Below, piece after piece: positions 1 through 14,068 of a stretch of DNA of 64,000 nt. Below the pieces are notes generated by a model. The model was not told the origin of the DNA. It was given only the letters and a program-made list of their open reading frames with translations, and did not search any database. Position numbers and translations under genes: made by a program. Numbering within the stretch: the first letter of the stretch is position 1; every line of letters begins with the position of its first letter. The stretch lies in the NCBI GenBank assembly GCA_965246895.1, contig OZ251993.1, positions 466,654-530,653 of the forward strand, written 5' to 3'. Origin of the DNA: Alphaproteobacteria bacterium. GTDB taxonomy: Bacteria > Pseudomonadota > Alphaproteobacteria > JAIXQD01.

Positions 1-2
1 TG

Positions 3-440
3 CAGATGCTATTCAACGCGCTGCAGCCTTTGGCGACATACGAGAAGTTTCGGAAGCTTGGCGCAGGTGAGTCACAGTGTGACGATCTGTTTATCGCCAT
101 CGAGGATTGGCTAAACGATGGCATTCCTTTGACCGCGCCCACAGCCAAACAATGCCTTGGCGATTTTTACAGCTCGAATGCGACTGTGAATGGTGGTTGG
201 CAGGTCGAGGGTAAAACCATTGATCCCGCAAAAGTACCAACACCGACTCTGGTAATCGCGCCGCAGACTGATCAGCTGGTTCCGTATCAGAGTGCGGCGA
301 TGCTGGCGGAGGCTCTGCCAAACGCAAAGCTGCTGTCACCGCCGCTGGGCCATATCGGCATGGTCGTCGGACGGCAGGCGGAAATGCTGGTGTGGCGCGA
401 GCTCGACAGGTGGATTGAACAAACCGGGCGCGGCGCTTAA
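3..440 (+). CDS. phaC: PHA synthase (alpha/beta hydrolase), C-terminal fragment; 5' end outside window
   Basis: [11 protein letters not shown]-x-L-V-P catalytic Asp region and GHIGMVVG catalytic His motif; directly upstream of phaA. Confidence 0.75.
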   Translation, partial: QMLFNALQPLATYEKFRKLGAGESQCDDLFIAIEDWLNDGIPLTAPTAKQCLGDFYSSNATVNGGWQVEGKTIDPAKVPTPTLVIAPQTDQLVPYQSAAMLAEALPNAKLLSPPLGHIGMVVGRQAEMLVWRELDRWIEQTGRGA

Positions 441-462
441 CTTAAGGTTGAAGGAGTTCCAA

Positions 463-1662
463 ATGACTTACGCAGATACAGATATCGTCATTGCCAGCGC
501 GGCCCGCACGGCAATCGGCAACCTGAGCGGCGGCCTTGCCAGCCTAAGTGCCGTCGAGCTTGGCACGGTTGCGGTGCAAGCGGCGCTGGTGCGGGCAAAT
601 GTGCCGGCCGCCGATGTATCGGAAGTCATTCTGGGACAAGTGCTGACAGCGGGCGCGGGGCAGAATCCCGCCCGGCAGACGGCGATTGCCGCCGGCATTC
701 CCGCCGAACGCACGGCGATCACGATTAATCAGGTCTGCGGGTCGGGCCTGCGGGCTGTGGCCTTGGGCGCACAAGCCATTCGTGGAGGCGATGCTGCGAT
801 CATCGTGGCAGGTGGGCAGGAAAGCATGACGAATGCGCCCCACGTAGCCAATTTGCGCGCAGGCGTAAAGTTCGGCGATGCCAAATTGACCGACAGCATG
901 ATCAAGGACGGGTTGTGGGATGCCTTCAACGATTACCATATGGGTATCACCGCCGAAAACGTTGCCACGCAATGCGGCGTAACGCGGGAGGCGCAGGATG
1001 CTTATGCCGCGCAATCGCAGCAGCGGGCGGTGGCGGCGATCGAAAGCGGCGCCTTCAAGGATGAGATCGCACCGGTGACGATCAAAAGCCGCAAGGGCGA
1101 TACAATCTTCGATACCGACGAATTCCCCCGCGCGGGCACGACCGCGGAAACGTTGTCTAAACTGAAGCCAGCCTTCAATCCCAGCGGTACGGTGACGGCC
1201 GGGAATGCCAGCGGGCTCAACGATGGGGCGGCGGCGCTGGTGCTGATGACGGGCAAGGAAGCGGCGCGCCGCGGCATCACGCCTTTGGCGCGGATCGTCA
1301 GCTTTGCGACCGTAGGTGTCGAGCCATCGGTCATGGGGCTAGGCCCTGTACCGGCCGCAAAGGCTGCGCTGGCCAAGGCGGGCTGGGAATTGGGCGAGGT
1401 CGATCTGATCGAGGCGAACGAGGCCTTTGCCGCGCAGGTACTGGCCGTAGGGAAAGAGCTTGCGATTGACCAGTCCAAGCTGAACGTCAATGGCGGAGCG
1501 ATCGCGCTTGGCCACCCGATCGGTGCTAGTGGCGCACGCGTGCTGACGACGTTGCTTTACGCGATGCAGAAGCGGGATGTACAGAAGGGATTGGCCGCCC
1601 TTTGTATCGGCGGTGGGATGGGCGTTGCGATGTGTGTGGAGCGAGCATTAAAATCTGAATGA
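463..1662 (+). CDS. phaA: Acetyl-CoA acetyltransferase (beta-ketothiolase)
   Basis: [22 protein letters not shown] and CIGGGMG thiolase motifs; AAGGAG RBS before ATG 463. Confidence 0.95.
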   Translation: MTYADTDIVIASAARTAIGNLSGGLASLSAVELGTVAVQAALVRANVPAADVSEVILGQVLTAGAGQNPARQTAIAAGIPAERTAITINQVCGSGLRAVALGAQAIRGGDAAIIVAGGQESMTNAPHVANLRAGVKFGDAKLTDSMIKDGLWDAFNDYHMGITAENVATQCGVTREAQDAYAAQSQQRAVAAIESGAFKDEIAPVTIKSRKGDTIFDTDEFPRAGTTAETLSKLKPAFNPSGTVTAGNASGLNDGAAALVLMTGKEAARRGITPLARIVSFATVGVEPSVMGLGPVPAAKAALAKAGWELGEVDLIEANEAFAAQVLAVGKELAIDQSKLNVNGGAIALGHPIGASGARVLTTLLYAMQKRDVQKGLAALCIGGGMGVAMCVERALKSE

Positions 1663-2184
1663 CATGGTCAGGTCATTGGCCGTGGTCGTGCAGATAGTTG
1701 CTGCTTGTGCCGGAGTAATCGTTGAGACAAGCGGAAGATAGCCTGTGCCGGTATAGGCGGCATTTGATTGCCACAGAGAGTTTGTGGCTACGCTATTGCC
1801 ATACATGCTGACGAGCAGGCGGATACACGCTTGTGCCGGGATAGTGCCCAGCACCACATAAAAATTAACCCCACCTAAAAAGTTCAGGGTTGTCCGGCCG
1901 CCATAGATATTTGTAAAGCCAACGCCATCCCCTGGCATGTCCGATGGAAAAATCTGTAGGATTTGCAACTGCGCATAACTAGGCGTGGTTATCGCAGAGG
2001 CGCGGTTATCGCTGTAAATCGTGCGTACATTGTTAACGATCGTAAGAACCTGCTTCTGTAATTTCTCCTGTTTAAAATTCTCATTCACAGCACTAGCTGC
2101 AATATAAATCCCGCCGATGACGAGTCCGATTACAGCCAATACAATGGCGATCTCGATTAAGTTGAAGCCGGATTTGGATTTCAT
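1648..2184 (-). CDS. Type IV pilin-like / pseudopilin protein
   Basis: Prepilin cleavage motif KSG|[19 protein letters not shown]; two C-terminal cysteines; start taken at MKSKS. Confidence 0.85.
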   Translation of the reverse strand: MKSKSGFNLIEIAIVLAVIGLVIGGIYIAASAVNENFKQEKLQKQVLTIVNNVRTIYSDNRASAITTPSYAQLQILQIFPSDMPGDGVGFTNIYGGRTTLNFLGGVNFYVVLGTIPAQACIRLLVSMYGNSVATNSLWQSNAAYTGTGYLPLVSTITPAQAATICTTTANDLTMSFRF

Positions 2185-2287
2185 GGCCGCATCATATTGA
2201 CGTTGCACCGCACAGTCACCCCCTTAACCATAAAGCTTAGCTCTGCTATCAAGGCCGCTCGCACGGATTCAGCAGGAGTATAATCGT

Positions 2288-3010
2288 ATGAGCAAGCTAG
2301 CCCTTGTTACAGGCGGCACGCGCGGCATTGGCGCGGCCACGGCAATTGCGCTGAAAGCAGCGGGCCACAAGGTTGTCGTAAATTTCATCGGCAATATCGA
2401 GCGGGCCGAAGCGTTTAGTGCCGAGCATCAAATTCCTGCCGTGCAGTTCGACGTCGCTGATTTCGCTGCCGTGCAGGAAGGCGTCAAACGCATTGTGGAT
2501 GCGCACGGGCATATCGATATTCTCGTCAATAATGCTGGCATCAGCCGCGATGCGCCGCTGCACAAAATGACCTACGAGCAATGGGACAGTGTAATCAGAA
2601 CCGATCTGACGTCCTGCTTTAATCTGGCGCGGGCGGTGATCGACGGCATGCGCGCGCGGGGCTTCGGGCGGATCATCAATATCGGCTCGATCAACGGGGA
2701 GTCAGGGGAATTCGCGCTCACTAATTATTCGGCGGCAAAAGCGGGCATCCATGGCTTCACCATGGCGCTGGCCCGTGAAGGCGCAATTAAGGGCATCACC
2801 GTTAACACTATCGCGCCCGGTTATGTGGATACGGATCTGCTGGCAGGATTATCACCCGACGTGATGGAAAGAATTATCTCTAAGATTCCGATGGGCCGCC
2901 TGGGCCGGGCCGAGGAAATCGCCCGCGCCGTCGTGTTTCTGGCGGGCGAGGATGCGGGATATATCACTGGCTCATGCCTGTCGATCAACGGCGGTCAGCA
3001 TATGAATTAA
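2288..3010 (+). CDS. phaB: Acetoacetyl-CoA reductase (SDR)
   Basis: TGGTRGIG, NNAG, YSAAK and INGGQHM motifs; AGGAG RBS; PHA locus context. Confidence 0.93.
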   Translation: MSKLALVTGGTRGIGAATAIALKAAGHKVVVNFIGNIERAEAFSAEHQIPAVQFDVADFAAVQEGVKRIVDAHGHIDILVNNAGISRDAPLHKMTYEQWDSVIRTDLTSCFNLARAVIDGMRARGFGRIINIGSINGESGEFALTNYSAAKAGIHGFTMALAREGAIKGITVNTIAPGYVDTDLLAGLSPDVMERIISKIPMGRLGRAEEIARAVVFLAGEDAGYITGSCLSINGGQHMN

Positions 3011-3046
3011 TACTGAATTAGGTTAAGAAAAATTAATTTAATCGAC

Positions 3047-3118
3047 TGGCGCAAAAGAAATGAATGATTAGGGCTTTTCACTTGGCGCAAAAGAAATGAA
3101 TGATTAGGGCTTTTCACT
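3047..3118. repeat. Perfect tandem duplication of a 36-bp unit
   Basis: TGGCGCAAAAGAAATGAATGATTAGGGCTTTTCACT at 3047-3082 and 3083-3118. Confidence 0.95.
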
Positions 3119-3153
3119 ATATTATAAATTGAAATTGATTTGAGGTGTTTTTC

Positions 3154-3528
3154 ATGTTCAATATTTGGCTAGATAAAAATCAAGATTATCAAACGCAACA
3201 TGCTGCTGTGAAAAGAGGCAGGGTTCCTATCTACAAGGGGATACGCCGATCCCTAATTGGGACACGGATTGTGGTTTTCGGACAAGCAGGTGAAGGCATT
3301 GATACAATGGCTTGGCCTGATGTCAAATTATCAGAAAAGAAAGCCAAAAAGCTAATTGATAATGCCGATGCTATTGGTGCTGCGTATGAAGGGTTTAGAC
3401 ACACGGAACGTTACAACGGCATAAATTTAAATTTGCTTGAAAGATTAACTGAAGACGATAAAATTTTAGCTCGTCAGGCGCTGGAAAAATTGGCTGCTCT
3501 AAAAAAGTCCAAAGGTTTGCAACGATAG
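3154..3528 (+). CDS. Hypothetical protein
   Basis: AT-rich ORF with GAGGT RBS before ATG 3154, followed by a terminator. Confidence 0.55.
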   Translation: MFNIWLDKNQDYQTQHAAVKRGRVPIYKGIRRSLIGTRIVVFGQAGEGIDTMAWPDVKLSEKKAKKLIDNADAIGAAYEGFRHTERYNGINLNLLERLTEDDKILARQALEKLAALKKSKGLQR

Positions 3529-3530
3529 GG

Positions 3531-3562
3531 TAAGAAAGGGCTGCATTTGCAGCCCTTTCTTT
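3531..3562. terminator. Bidirectional intrinsic terminator
   Basis: TAAGAAAGGGCTGCA-TT-TGCAGCCCTTTCTTA inverted repeat between convergent genes. Confidence 0.85.
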
Positions 3563-3567
3563 AACCA

Positions 3568-5361
3568 TTAAGCAGTTTTGCTTTCAGCCGTTTCATCATC
3601 ATCCACTCCGAGCGCGGCATTCGTTTCCGCCAATGCCTGTTCGGCTTTAAACAAGCTGCCGGCGCGGGCTTTTTGCTGAAGCGCGGCGCGGCGCGTAGCG
3701 CGTGAGGCAGCGCCTGGGCTTTGCGCCACTGTTTGCTTTACGGCGGGTGTTACCGCAGTAGGTTCGGCGGGCAGTTCACCCGATAGGTCAACGGACGCGG
3801 CTGACGCATTTTTGCTTTTGCGGGGTTGGGCAGGCGCGGTCGCAGGTGCCACTTCTGTTTCAACATGCGCGGCCGGCGTCTCAGGCGGAGTGGAAGCTTT
3901 CGGCATGGCCATGGGCTGGCCATCGTCGTCGCCGTTATCAGCGTCCGCTTCACTGATTTCAAAGCGACCGATGCGCTTTAAAGCGATCTTGGTTGCTGAT
4001 GAAACGGATGCCGGTGCCTGAGACAAAGCATGCTGGGGTAATGGCGATGACCGCCGTTCTGATCTTTGGGCGATCTGGCTGGCATGCCTCTGCTCGGCCG
4101 CATCTTCGGTCGGGTAATAAGGCTCGCCCGTATGCTCGACCTCAGCCAGACCTTCCAGCGTGATCTCGATATAGCCGCAGAGCCGCACCAGCGCGCGCGA
4201 GACAGAGGCGGGCGTCGTGAGATCGATTTCCGCGCCATAGGATACGCCGCGATTGGTGGCGCCATAGTCGGCCATTTGCCCATAGATCGAGGCGACTTGG
4301 CGGGCCAATACGGCGCCCAACAAACCAATCTGTTCAGCATGAGCTTGATAGATATAAGTGCGAAGGCGTGGCCAGGTCGGCGTGCCGCCGTTGGTGATGA
4401 GCGCGGCGCGTGCCTCGCAAATATCGCGAGCAGCGGCCAGTTCACCCGTTAATGCCGCGGCAAGGATTTGGCGATCGCTGTGGATGTCGAGCTCATGCGT
4501 CAGGCGCGCGCGCCGCGTGTGGCGGTGGTCGAGCAACATCAGCATGCCGAACAAGAGGCCCAGGAGGCCCAAGGCTTCGAGCCAGGCCGTAAAAGCAAAA
4601 TTGCCGTTGTCGGTAGATTTGTTGCTAGGACTAATGTCCTGCGACGATGCTGGGCCTCCCGTAAGACTAATCACGGGCGTCGGAGCAGTAGCAGATACGG
4701 GTGTGGCCGTAGAGGCTGGCGTTGCAGCTTTTAAAGGTGCGGTTGCAGCGACGGGTGCAGCGCCAGCTGTCGTCGCCGGCACCTGTGCCCATAGTCCATT
4801 ACGGCGCATTTGCGCGGTTTCCTCGGCGGCGCGATAGCGTACCGCCAAATCGTTATCAATCGTGCCATTGCGGCTGAAGAGCGCGGTGCCGGTGAACAGC
4901 ATAGCTTCCGACAGATCGCGGCCGCCGCCGAAGCTGCAGCTCATGACTAAACTACCGTCGCGGTCGCGGTCTTTACGCGCGCAGTCGAGCGTTTGATTGC
5001 GAAGAATGGTGTCGAGCGCAACACGGGCGCTGGCGCCTTCCGGCGTTGTGAGGGGTGGGGCAACGACACCGATCAAGCGGGCGGTAACATCGCGTGCGCT
5101 GTCATGAATACGGATGGTCGCGCCATCAATCGCCTGCGCGGTGCCCATCATGGTGGCGGGCGCTTCGTTGGAGACACCGACCTTCTCGCGATCAACTGAC
5201 GTACGCGGCGCGCGTGATGGAGCCGGCATAATATCGCTTTTCGGCTGCGGATTGGTTTGTGCGTAAAGCTGCGAATAAGTCAGCGTATTGGGCTGGGCCT
5301 GCGCCATAGTAATAGTGAGAGCGAAGAGCAGCGCCGAAAGCGGCAAGGAAAATTTATGCAT
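3568..5361 (-). CDS. Exported thermonuclease (SNase-like) domain membrane protein with low-complexity regions
   Basis: Signal peptide MHKFSLPLSALLFALTITMAQA; AIDGATI..RLIGVVAP..DRDRDG..AQMRRNGLW SNase-like pattern; a TM helix; Ala/Pro/Thr-rich linkers. Confidence 0.75.
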   Translation of the reverse strand: MHKFSLPLSALLFALTITMAQAQPNTLTYSQLYAQTNPQPKSDIMPAPSRAPRTSVDREKVGVSNEAPATMMGTAQAIDGATIRIHDSARDVTARLIGVVAPPLTTPEGASARVALDTILRNQTLDCARKDRDRDGSLVMSCSFGGGRDLSEAMLFTGTALFSRNGTIDNDLAVRYRAAEETAQMRRNGLWAQVPATTAGAAPVAATAPLKAATPASTATPVSATAPTPVISLTGGPASSQDISPSNKSTDNGNFAFTAWLEALGLLGLLFGMLMLLDHRHTRRARLTHELDIHSDRQILAAALTGELAAARDICEARAALITNGGTPTWPRLRTYIYQAHAEQIGLLGAVLARQVASIYGQMADYGATNRGVSYGAEIDLTTPASVSRALVRLCGYIEITLEGLAEVEHTGEPYYPTEDAAEQRHASQIAQRSERRSSPLPQHALSQAPASVSSATKIALKRIGRFEISEADADNGDDDGQPMAMPKASTPPETPAAHVETEVAPATAPAQPRKSKNASAASVDLSGELPAEPTAVTPAVKQTVAQSPGAASRATRRAALQQKARAGSLFKAEQALAETNAALGVDDDETAESKTA

Positions 5362-5514
5362 GCGCGTATCATTACGTGCGTTGCAAAAATTATGAAGATA
5401 AATCTTGCAATGGAATTGCATTTGTTGTGGACGATTGTGCGCGGTTGTGCAGGTAGATATGTTGGGCCGTGGCGATAGATTGTGGGTAAAGCGACGGCTG
5501 CCACAGATTGTTTG

Positions 5515-5543
5515 TTGACAGCCTCTGTGCGGTTGTCTAAACA
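5515..5543 (+). promoter_or_regulatory. Putative rrn promoter P1
   Basis: TTGACA-17 nt-TAAACA upstream of the rRNA leader. Confidence 0.55.
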
Positions 5544-5645
5544 CTGCCTCCGCACCGAGGGTCAGGGCTTAAAAGCTTTGGTTTCGGAGCGGATGTGGGG
5601 CTAGAAAAAAGTTAAGAAAAAAGTGAAGAAAGTGTAAAATAGTTC

Positions 5646-5674
5646 TTTACAGATTTCTTACTTTCGACTATCTT
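5646..5674 (+). promoter_or_regulatory. Putative rrn promoter P2
   Basis: TTTACA-17 nt-TATCTT preceded by an A-rich UP-like tract. Confidence 0.5.
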
Positions 5675-6101
5675 CCACTTCGTCGCTGATTCGAGCCACT
5701 AGGCATCGGGTTGGGGGCAATCAGGCAAACAAGAAAAACACATCGCCGGAACGGTTAACGCTGCTTCTGGAAGGTGGGTTTTTTGCGCCCTAACAGGCAG
5801 TTTGTGCTGGCGTGATCTTTGACATCGTGGTGATGAAACAGAAGGGATACACAGGCGGCGGCCCGTGTCTTCGCAAGAAGACATGCGCATCGTTATTGGC
5901 GCTATCGACTGTCCAGCAATGGATGGTCAAACAAAACAGTAGGGTCGCTTGAATATGTATCTCTAAGCCAAAAATTCGTTACAACATTCGGTCATAGGTT
6001 CGCCTGTGGTCGATGAGTAAAGGAAAACTCCGTTTAGAGGTCATTGTCTTATTTCACGTAAGACTAAAAATGACCCGGGCCATGTCTAGAACATGGCAAT
6101 T

Positions 6102-7608
<1,507 letters not shown>

Positions 7609-7713
7609 AAAGCCTGTAACGGTTCTTGCAGTTTTCGAACTGCATTATGTCGCCGTCTTTGTATCCCTTCGTTGTTTGAAATCTGCGTGCGCAGTAATGC
7701 GCGTGGCATGATC

Positions 7714-7790
7714 GGGCTTGTAGCTCAGCTGGTTAGAGCGCGCGCTTGATAAGCGTGAGGTCGCAAGTTCAAATCTTGCCAGGCCCACCA
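7714..7790 (+). tRNA. tRNA-Ile(GAT)
   Basis: Cloverleaf, anticodon GAT, CCA end, in the ITS. Confidence 0.97.
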
Positions 7791-7798
7791 CTTTAACT

Positions 7799-7874
7799 GG
7801 GGCTATAGCTCAGCTGGTAGAGCGCCTGCTTTGCAAGCAGGATGTCGTCGGTTCGAATCCGTCTAGCTCCACCA
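7799..7874 (+). tRNA. tRNA-Ala(TGC)
   Basis: Cloverleaf, anticodon TGC, CCA end. Confidence 0.97.
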
Positions 7875-8158
7875 GTTCTTCAAATTCAAACAACAGGATT
7901 TCTGTTTCGTCCACTGTCATGGATCGAATGCAGCGCTGCAGTAATGCGCGCTCGTCGTCTTTGTCATCGTTAAAAATGTGAATGTGAATATACAACACAA
8001 TAGTCACGCGCGCGTCCCTTTGCCGAGGGACAAGAGCAAACCGCCTCATAGAGGTCTTTCTGTCATTCAGCCCGGGAAATAGGGTTGGAGAGGGTGGTTT
8101 TGTTTCTGCGCGTAGACGCAAAAAGTTTCCGGCTTCGGCCGGTAACACTGAGAATTAG

Positions 8159-10897
<2,739 letters not shown>

Positions 10898-10987
10898 TTT
10901 ATGATCAGGTGTTTACGCGCAGTAACAAGCCCATCTTTGGTTTGCTATTGCTGCTGACTATTCGTTGTATATTTGCGATTATCGATC

Positions 10988-11105
10988 GACCTGGTGATTT
11001 TAGCGGGGGATCTGCACCCGATCCCATCCCGAACTCGGCCGTGAAAGCCCCCAGCGCCAATGGTACTATGACTTAAGTCATGGGAGAGTAGGTCATTGCC
11101 AGGTC
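10988..11105 (+). rRNA. rrf: 5S rRNA
   Basis: GACCTGG...CCAGGTC terminal helix; CCCATCCCGAAC and GGGAGAGTAGG motifs. Confidence 0.96.
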
Positions 11106-11230
11106 TATCGATCATCGCACTTAGCACATTCACATTTTTAACGCTGGCACAGATTACCGGCCGCCTGTTACAGGTCAGGCCGGTTTTGTTTTTCTGGTAG
11201 GGCATTCATTGCTGCTGCCACTTGGTTTAT

Positions 11231-11307
<77 letters not shown>

Positions 11308-11380
11308 AATTTGTCAAATATATCAAACATTTAAAAAGCAGCTAATCGCCCTATTGGGATGCTTTTAGTGGCTTTTTCTT

Positions 11381-11408
11381 TTTACGGACGCATACTGGAC
11401 GCACGAGG
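11381..11408 (+). repeat. Putative integrase arm-type site, left copy
   Basis: TTTACGGACGCATACTGGACGCACGAGG, identical to 61582-61609. Confidence 0.8.
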
Positions 11409-11529
11409 GAGAAAACCGCAGTTTGTTATGGCAAACTGTTAGTGGCTTTTCGCCGAACAATTCTCTACATGTATTTGTGAACTCACATTAGGTTGTATTC
11501 TAAATTCATATTTGTCTTGGAGTGTTTTG

Positions 11530-13899
11530 ATGCCAACGGCACCTGAGAGTATTTTTGTTGTAGATGATGAATCCGCTTCGATGTACGGCAGCGTTCTGAA
11601 GAACATCTTTCCGCAATCGCCGATTTTAGCTTTCAGAGACGTTGAGGAAGCCATTGAAGCTATGGCAAGCGGTAGCCGTCCAGACTTGCTCTTCCTAGAT
11701 GCGACAGAGCATGGCTGGCATCCCGAATGGGGTGCTGACAATGCTTACAGCATTCTCGACTGGCTCAAAGTCAACGCACCTGAACAGCCTTTGCCTCACA
11801 TTGTCTTTCAGTCAAATGACGAAGAATTATCGGCCAAATCAAAAAGCCTCTTAAAGCGTCAGCTTTATGGTGAAAATATAGAGATTACATTTGATGTCAT
11901 CGATACTGAAAAGAGCGAACTGCAGGTAATTCAGGATATTGTAGGTTTTGAAGAGGGTGGCACACACATCACTCGCATAGGGCGTAACTTTACCAAGCTG
12001 CGAGAATTTCTTAACAGCCGTTACGATTACAATCTGCCAACTACACAAGAGGATATAGACGAACTGGCTTTATCTAAAGGCTCAACAGATCCCCAGGCTA
12101 TTCTACGTTTGGTCGAAAAAGGTAAGATGTCTCGCGATGATGCGCTTAGTAAGATTGCACCCAAATTAGAATCTCAAATCGTTTACGAATACAGCTCGCA
12201 AGTTGAAGCTTATGGCGAGGATTACGATACCAATAGAGCGATGTCGCTCCATTTTCAGCGCGGTACAGAACAGCCGGTCACTGGGCCTGCGGCCTTTAGC
12301 CATGCTGATATTGTGGCATTGGCGGGTAAAGGCAGTAAGCCGATCTTGATTACTGAAGATGTAACCCCAGAAATTATACAGCTTTTTGGTAGCATCGCCG
12401 GTCTGGTAGTTTTATCTCAAAAAGCCAGCGGGCATGTGGAAATGCTGGCACAGGCACATCGTATTCCAGCCTTGCTTGGCAGAACCAATATTCATCGGGA
12501 TGCGGGCAAACCACGCGTAAAACTGCATGCATCCAGCGCTGCGCCTTACTTGACGTTGCAGACTTCAGTCAATCTTCTGAATGGCACTGTGAAGGCTGAT
12601 ACTCTTATCAGACGCGGCGTTGAGGAAATTAAATTAATCGCGCCACATAAGCAGGCAACACCAAAAGATGAAGACGGCTATGGTAATGAGCGGGTAACGC
12701 ACCGAATTAAAATGACTATCCGTGCCGGTGATCAAATCACAATCGATCCGCCCTATACTTTATATGCCGTCTATTTGCCTATTAATGAGCGTGAAAATCG
12801 CTCTAATTCCTGGCTGCCCGAAGCAAGGACGCTAGTCTGCGACTGGCATGAAGATAACAATTTTGTGCGCCTAAAATTCAAACAAAACATTGATGATATG
12901 GGCCAATTATATTCGGGTAATAGTAACGACGGGATCGGCCTCGTGCGAACCGAGCATTTGGTTATTTCATCCGGCCGGACGCTTCAGGCATTCCGCGATT
13001 TTGTATTGCGCGGGGATGAGAGAGCCCTGGAAGATTTTGAGAGCAGGCAGCAAAATGATTTCATCAACCTGATGGACGTTATTTGCCGTGCTGACGACTA
13101 CCCGCTTCGTATCCGGCTCATCGATGCGCCGCCCAGCGAATTCTTTGACGAGCAAGGGTTAAGCGATATAGAGACAAGATACGGTGATCGCTCTATTCGT
13201 GGCGTGCAATTGGCCGTCAAAGCTCCCGAACTTTACGATGCTCAGTTAAGAGCTATTTTTAGCAGCTATAAGGAACTTAAAGACAAAGGTCAGGATAGTG
13301 ATTTCTACGAGGCTCCTAAGTCACCAGTTGAAATCATGGTGCCAACTGTACGTACCGTAGATGAGCTGATGTTTGTGAAGGCGCGGGCAGAAGTAATGGC
13401 GGCTGACCATGGCCTGACCAGAGATGATTATAGATTTGGCTCTATGCTCGAAACAATCGATGCCTGCGATAACATAGCTGCCATAGCGCCGCTTTGCGAT
13501 TTCATCAGCATTGGCTCGAATGATCTGACTTCGGAAATCCTCAACTGTGGTCGGGATGACTGGGCGCGCCGCCGTAAGCTGACTGTTGAGAGTGGCAAGG
13601 GCGCAGATCCATTTATTACGATGCATGCGGATGTCGTCGCCAAGCTCGTAGAAACAATTGAGCAAGCCTATGCATCTAACCCTACGCTTCAAGTTGATTT
13701 GTGCGGGGCGCATGCGGCTGATTTGCCATCCTTAAATGCCTTGCGTCCCCTTGAGCTTAACGGTGTATCTGCTCCGCCTTCGCCGCAAAATCAGGACGGC
13801 TTATCACTGCTGTATATGATGGACACTTTTAAGCTTCATCCGGCAAAACCTATAGGGAAGCGAAAAAAGAAAAACCGAAGTCCAAAGCCTTCGGTTTAG
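11530..13899 (+). CDS. Receiver-like domain fused to PPDK-like phospho-His and PEP-binding TIM-barrel domains
   Basis: N-terminal IFVVDDE...PDLLFLD...IVFQS; central SGHVEMLAQAHRIPALLG; C-terminal GIGLVRTEH, EIMVP, GSMLE, FISIGSNDLT, LCGAH; no ATP-grasp domain. Confidence 0.8.
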   Translation: MPTAPESIFVVDDESASMYGSVLKNIFPQSPILAFRDVEEAIEAMASGSRPDLLFLDATEHGWHPEWGADNAYSILDWLKVNAPEQPLPHIVFQSNDEELSAKSKSLLKRQLYGENIEITFDVIDTEKSELQVIQDIVGFEEGGTHITRIGRNFTKLREFLNSRYDYNLPTTQEDIDELALSKGSTDPQAILRLVEKGKMSRDDALSKIAPKLESQIVYEYSSQVEAYGEDYDTNRAMSLHFQRGTEQPVTGPAAFSHADIVALAGKGSKPILITEDVTPEIIQLFGSIAGLVVLSQKASGHVEMLAQAHRIPALLGRTNIHRDAGKPRVKLHASSAAPYLTLQTSVNLLNGTVKADTLIRRGVEEIKLIAPHKQATPKDEDGYGNERVTHRIKMTIRAGDQITIDPPYTLYAVYLPINERENRSNSWLPEARTLVCDWHEDNNFVRLKFKQNIDDMGQLYSGNSNDGIGLVRTEHLVISSGRTLQAFRDFVLRGDERALEDFESRQQNDFINLMDVICRADDYPLRIRLIDAPPSEFFDEQGLSDIETRYGDRSIRGVQLAVKAPELYDAQLRAIFSSYKELKDKGQDSDFYEAPKSPVEIMVPTVRTVDELMFVKARAEVMAADHGLTRDDYRFGSMLETIDACDNIAAIAPLCDFISIGSNDLTSEILNCGRDDWARRRKLTVESGKGADPFITMHADVVAKLVETIEQAYASNPTLQVDLCGAHAADLPSLNALRPLELNGVSAPPSPQNQDGLSLLYMMDTFKLHPAKPIGKRKKKNRSPKPSV

Positions 13900-13913
13900 G
13901 TAGTGAATATAAT

Positions 13914-13990
13914 TGGTTGCGGGAACAGGATTTGAACCTGTGACCTTTAGGTTATGAGCCTAACGAGCTACCGGGCTGCTCCACCCCGCG
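13914..13990 (-). tRNA. Prophage-encoded initiator tRNA-fMet(CAT)
   Basis: Reverse complement CGCGGGGTGGAGCAGCCCGGTAGCTCGTTAGGCTCATAACCTAAAGGTCACAGGTTCAAATCCTGTTCCCGCAACCA folds as a full cloverleaf. Confidence 0.95.
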
Positions 13991-14068
13991 TCAACAATCG
14001 AACTAACAAGAAACCAAAAACCATCTCTTAATGCAAGCCATTTCGCTCCAGCTTGCCAAATGCTTCTA

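Noticed and set aside
292-462. Long N-terminal extension of phaA
   Set aside because: Overlaps phaC; RBS and thiolase homology begin at ATG 463
3047-3118. 36-bp repeat as a CRISPR array
   Set aside because: Only two abutting copies, no spacer and no cas genes
11530-13899. Calling this gene ppdK or ptsI/ptsP
   Set aside because: Lacks the PPDK ATP-grasp domain and the EI HPr-binding or GAF domain
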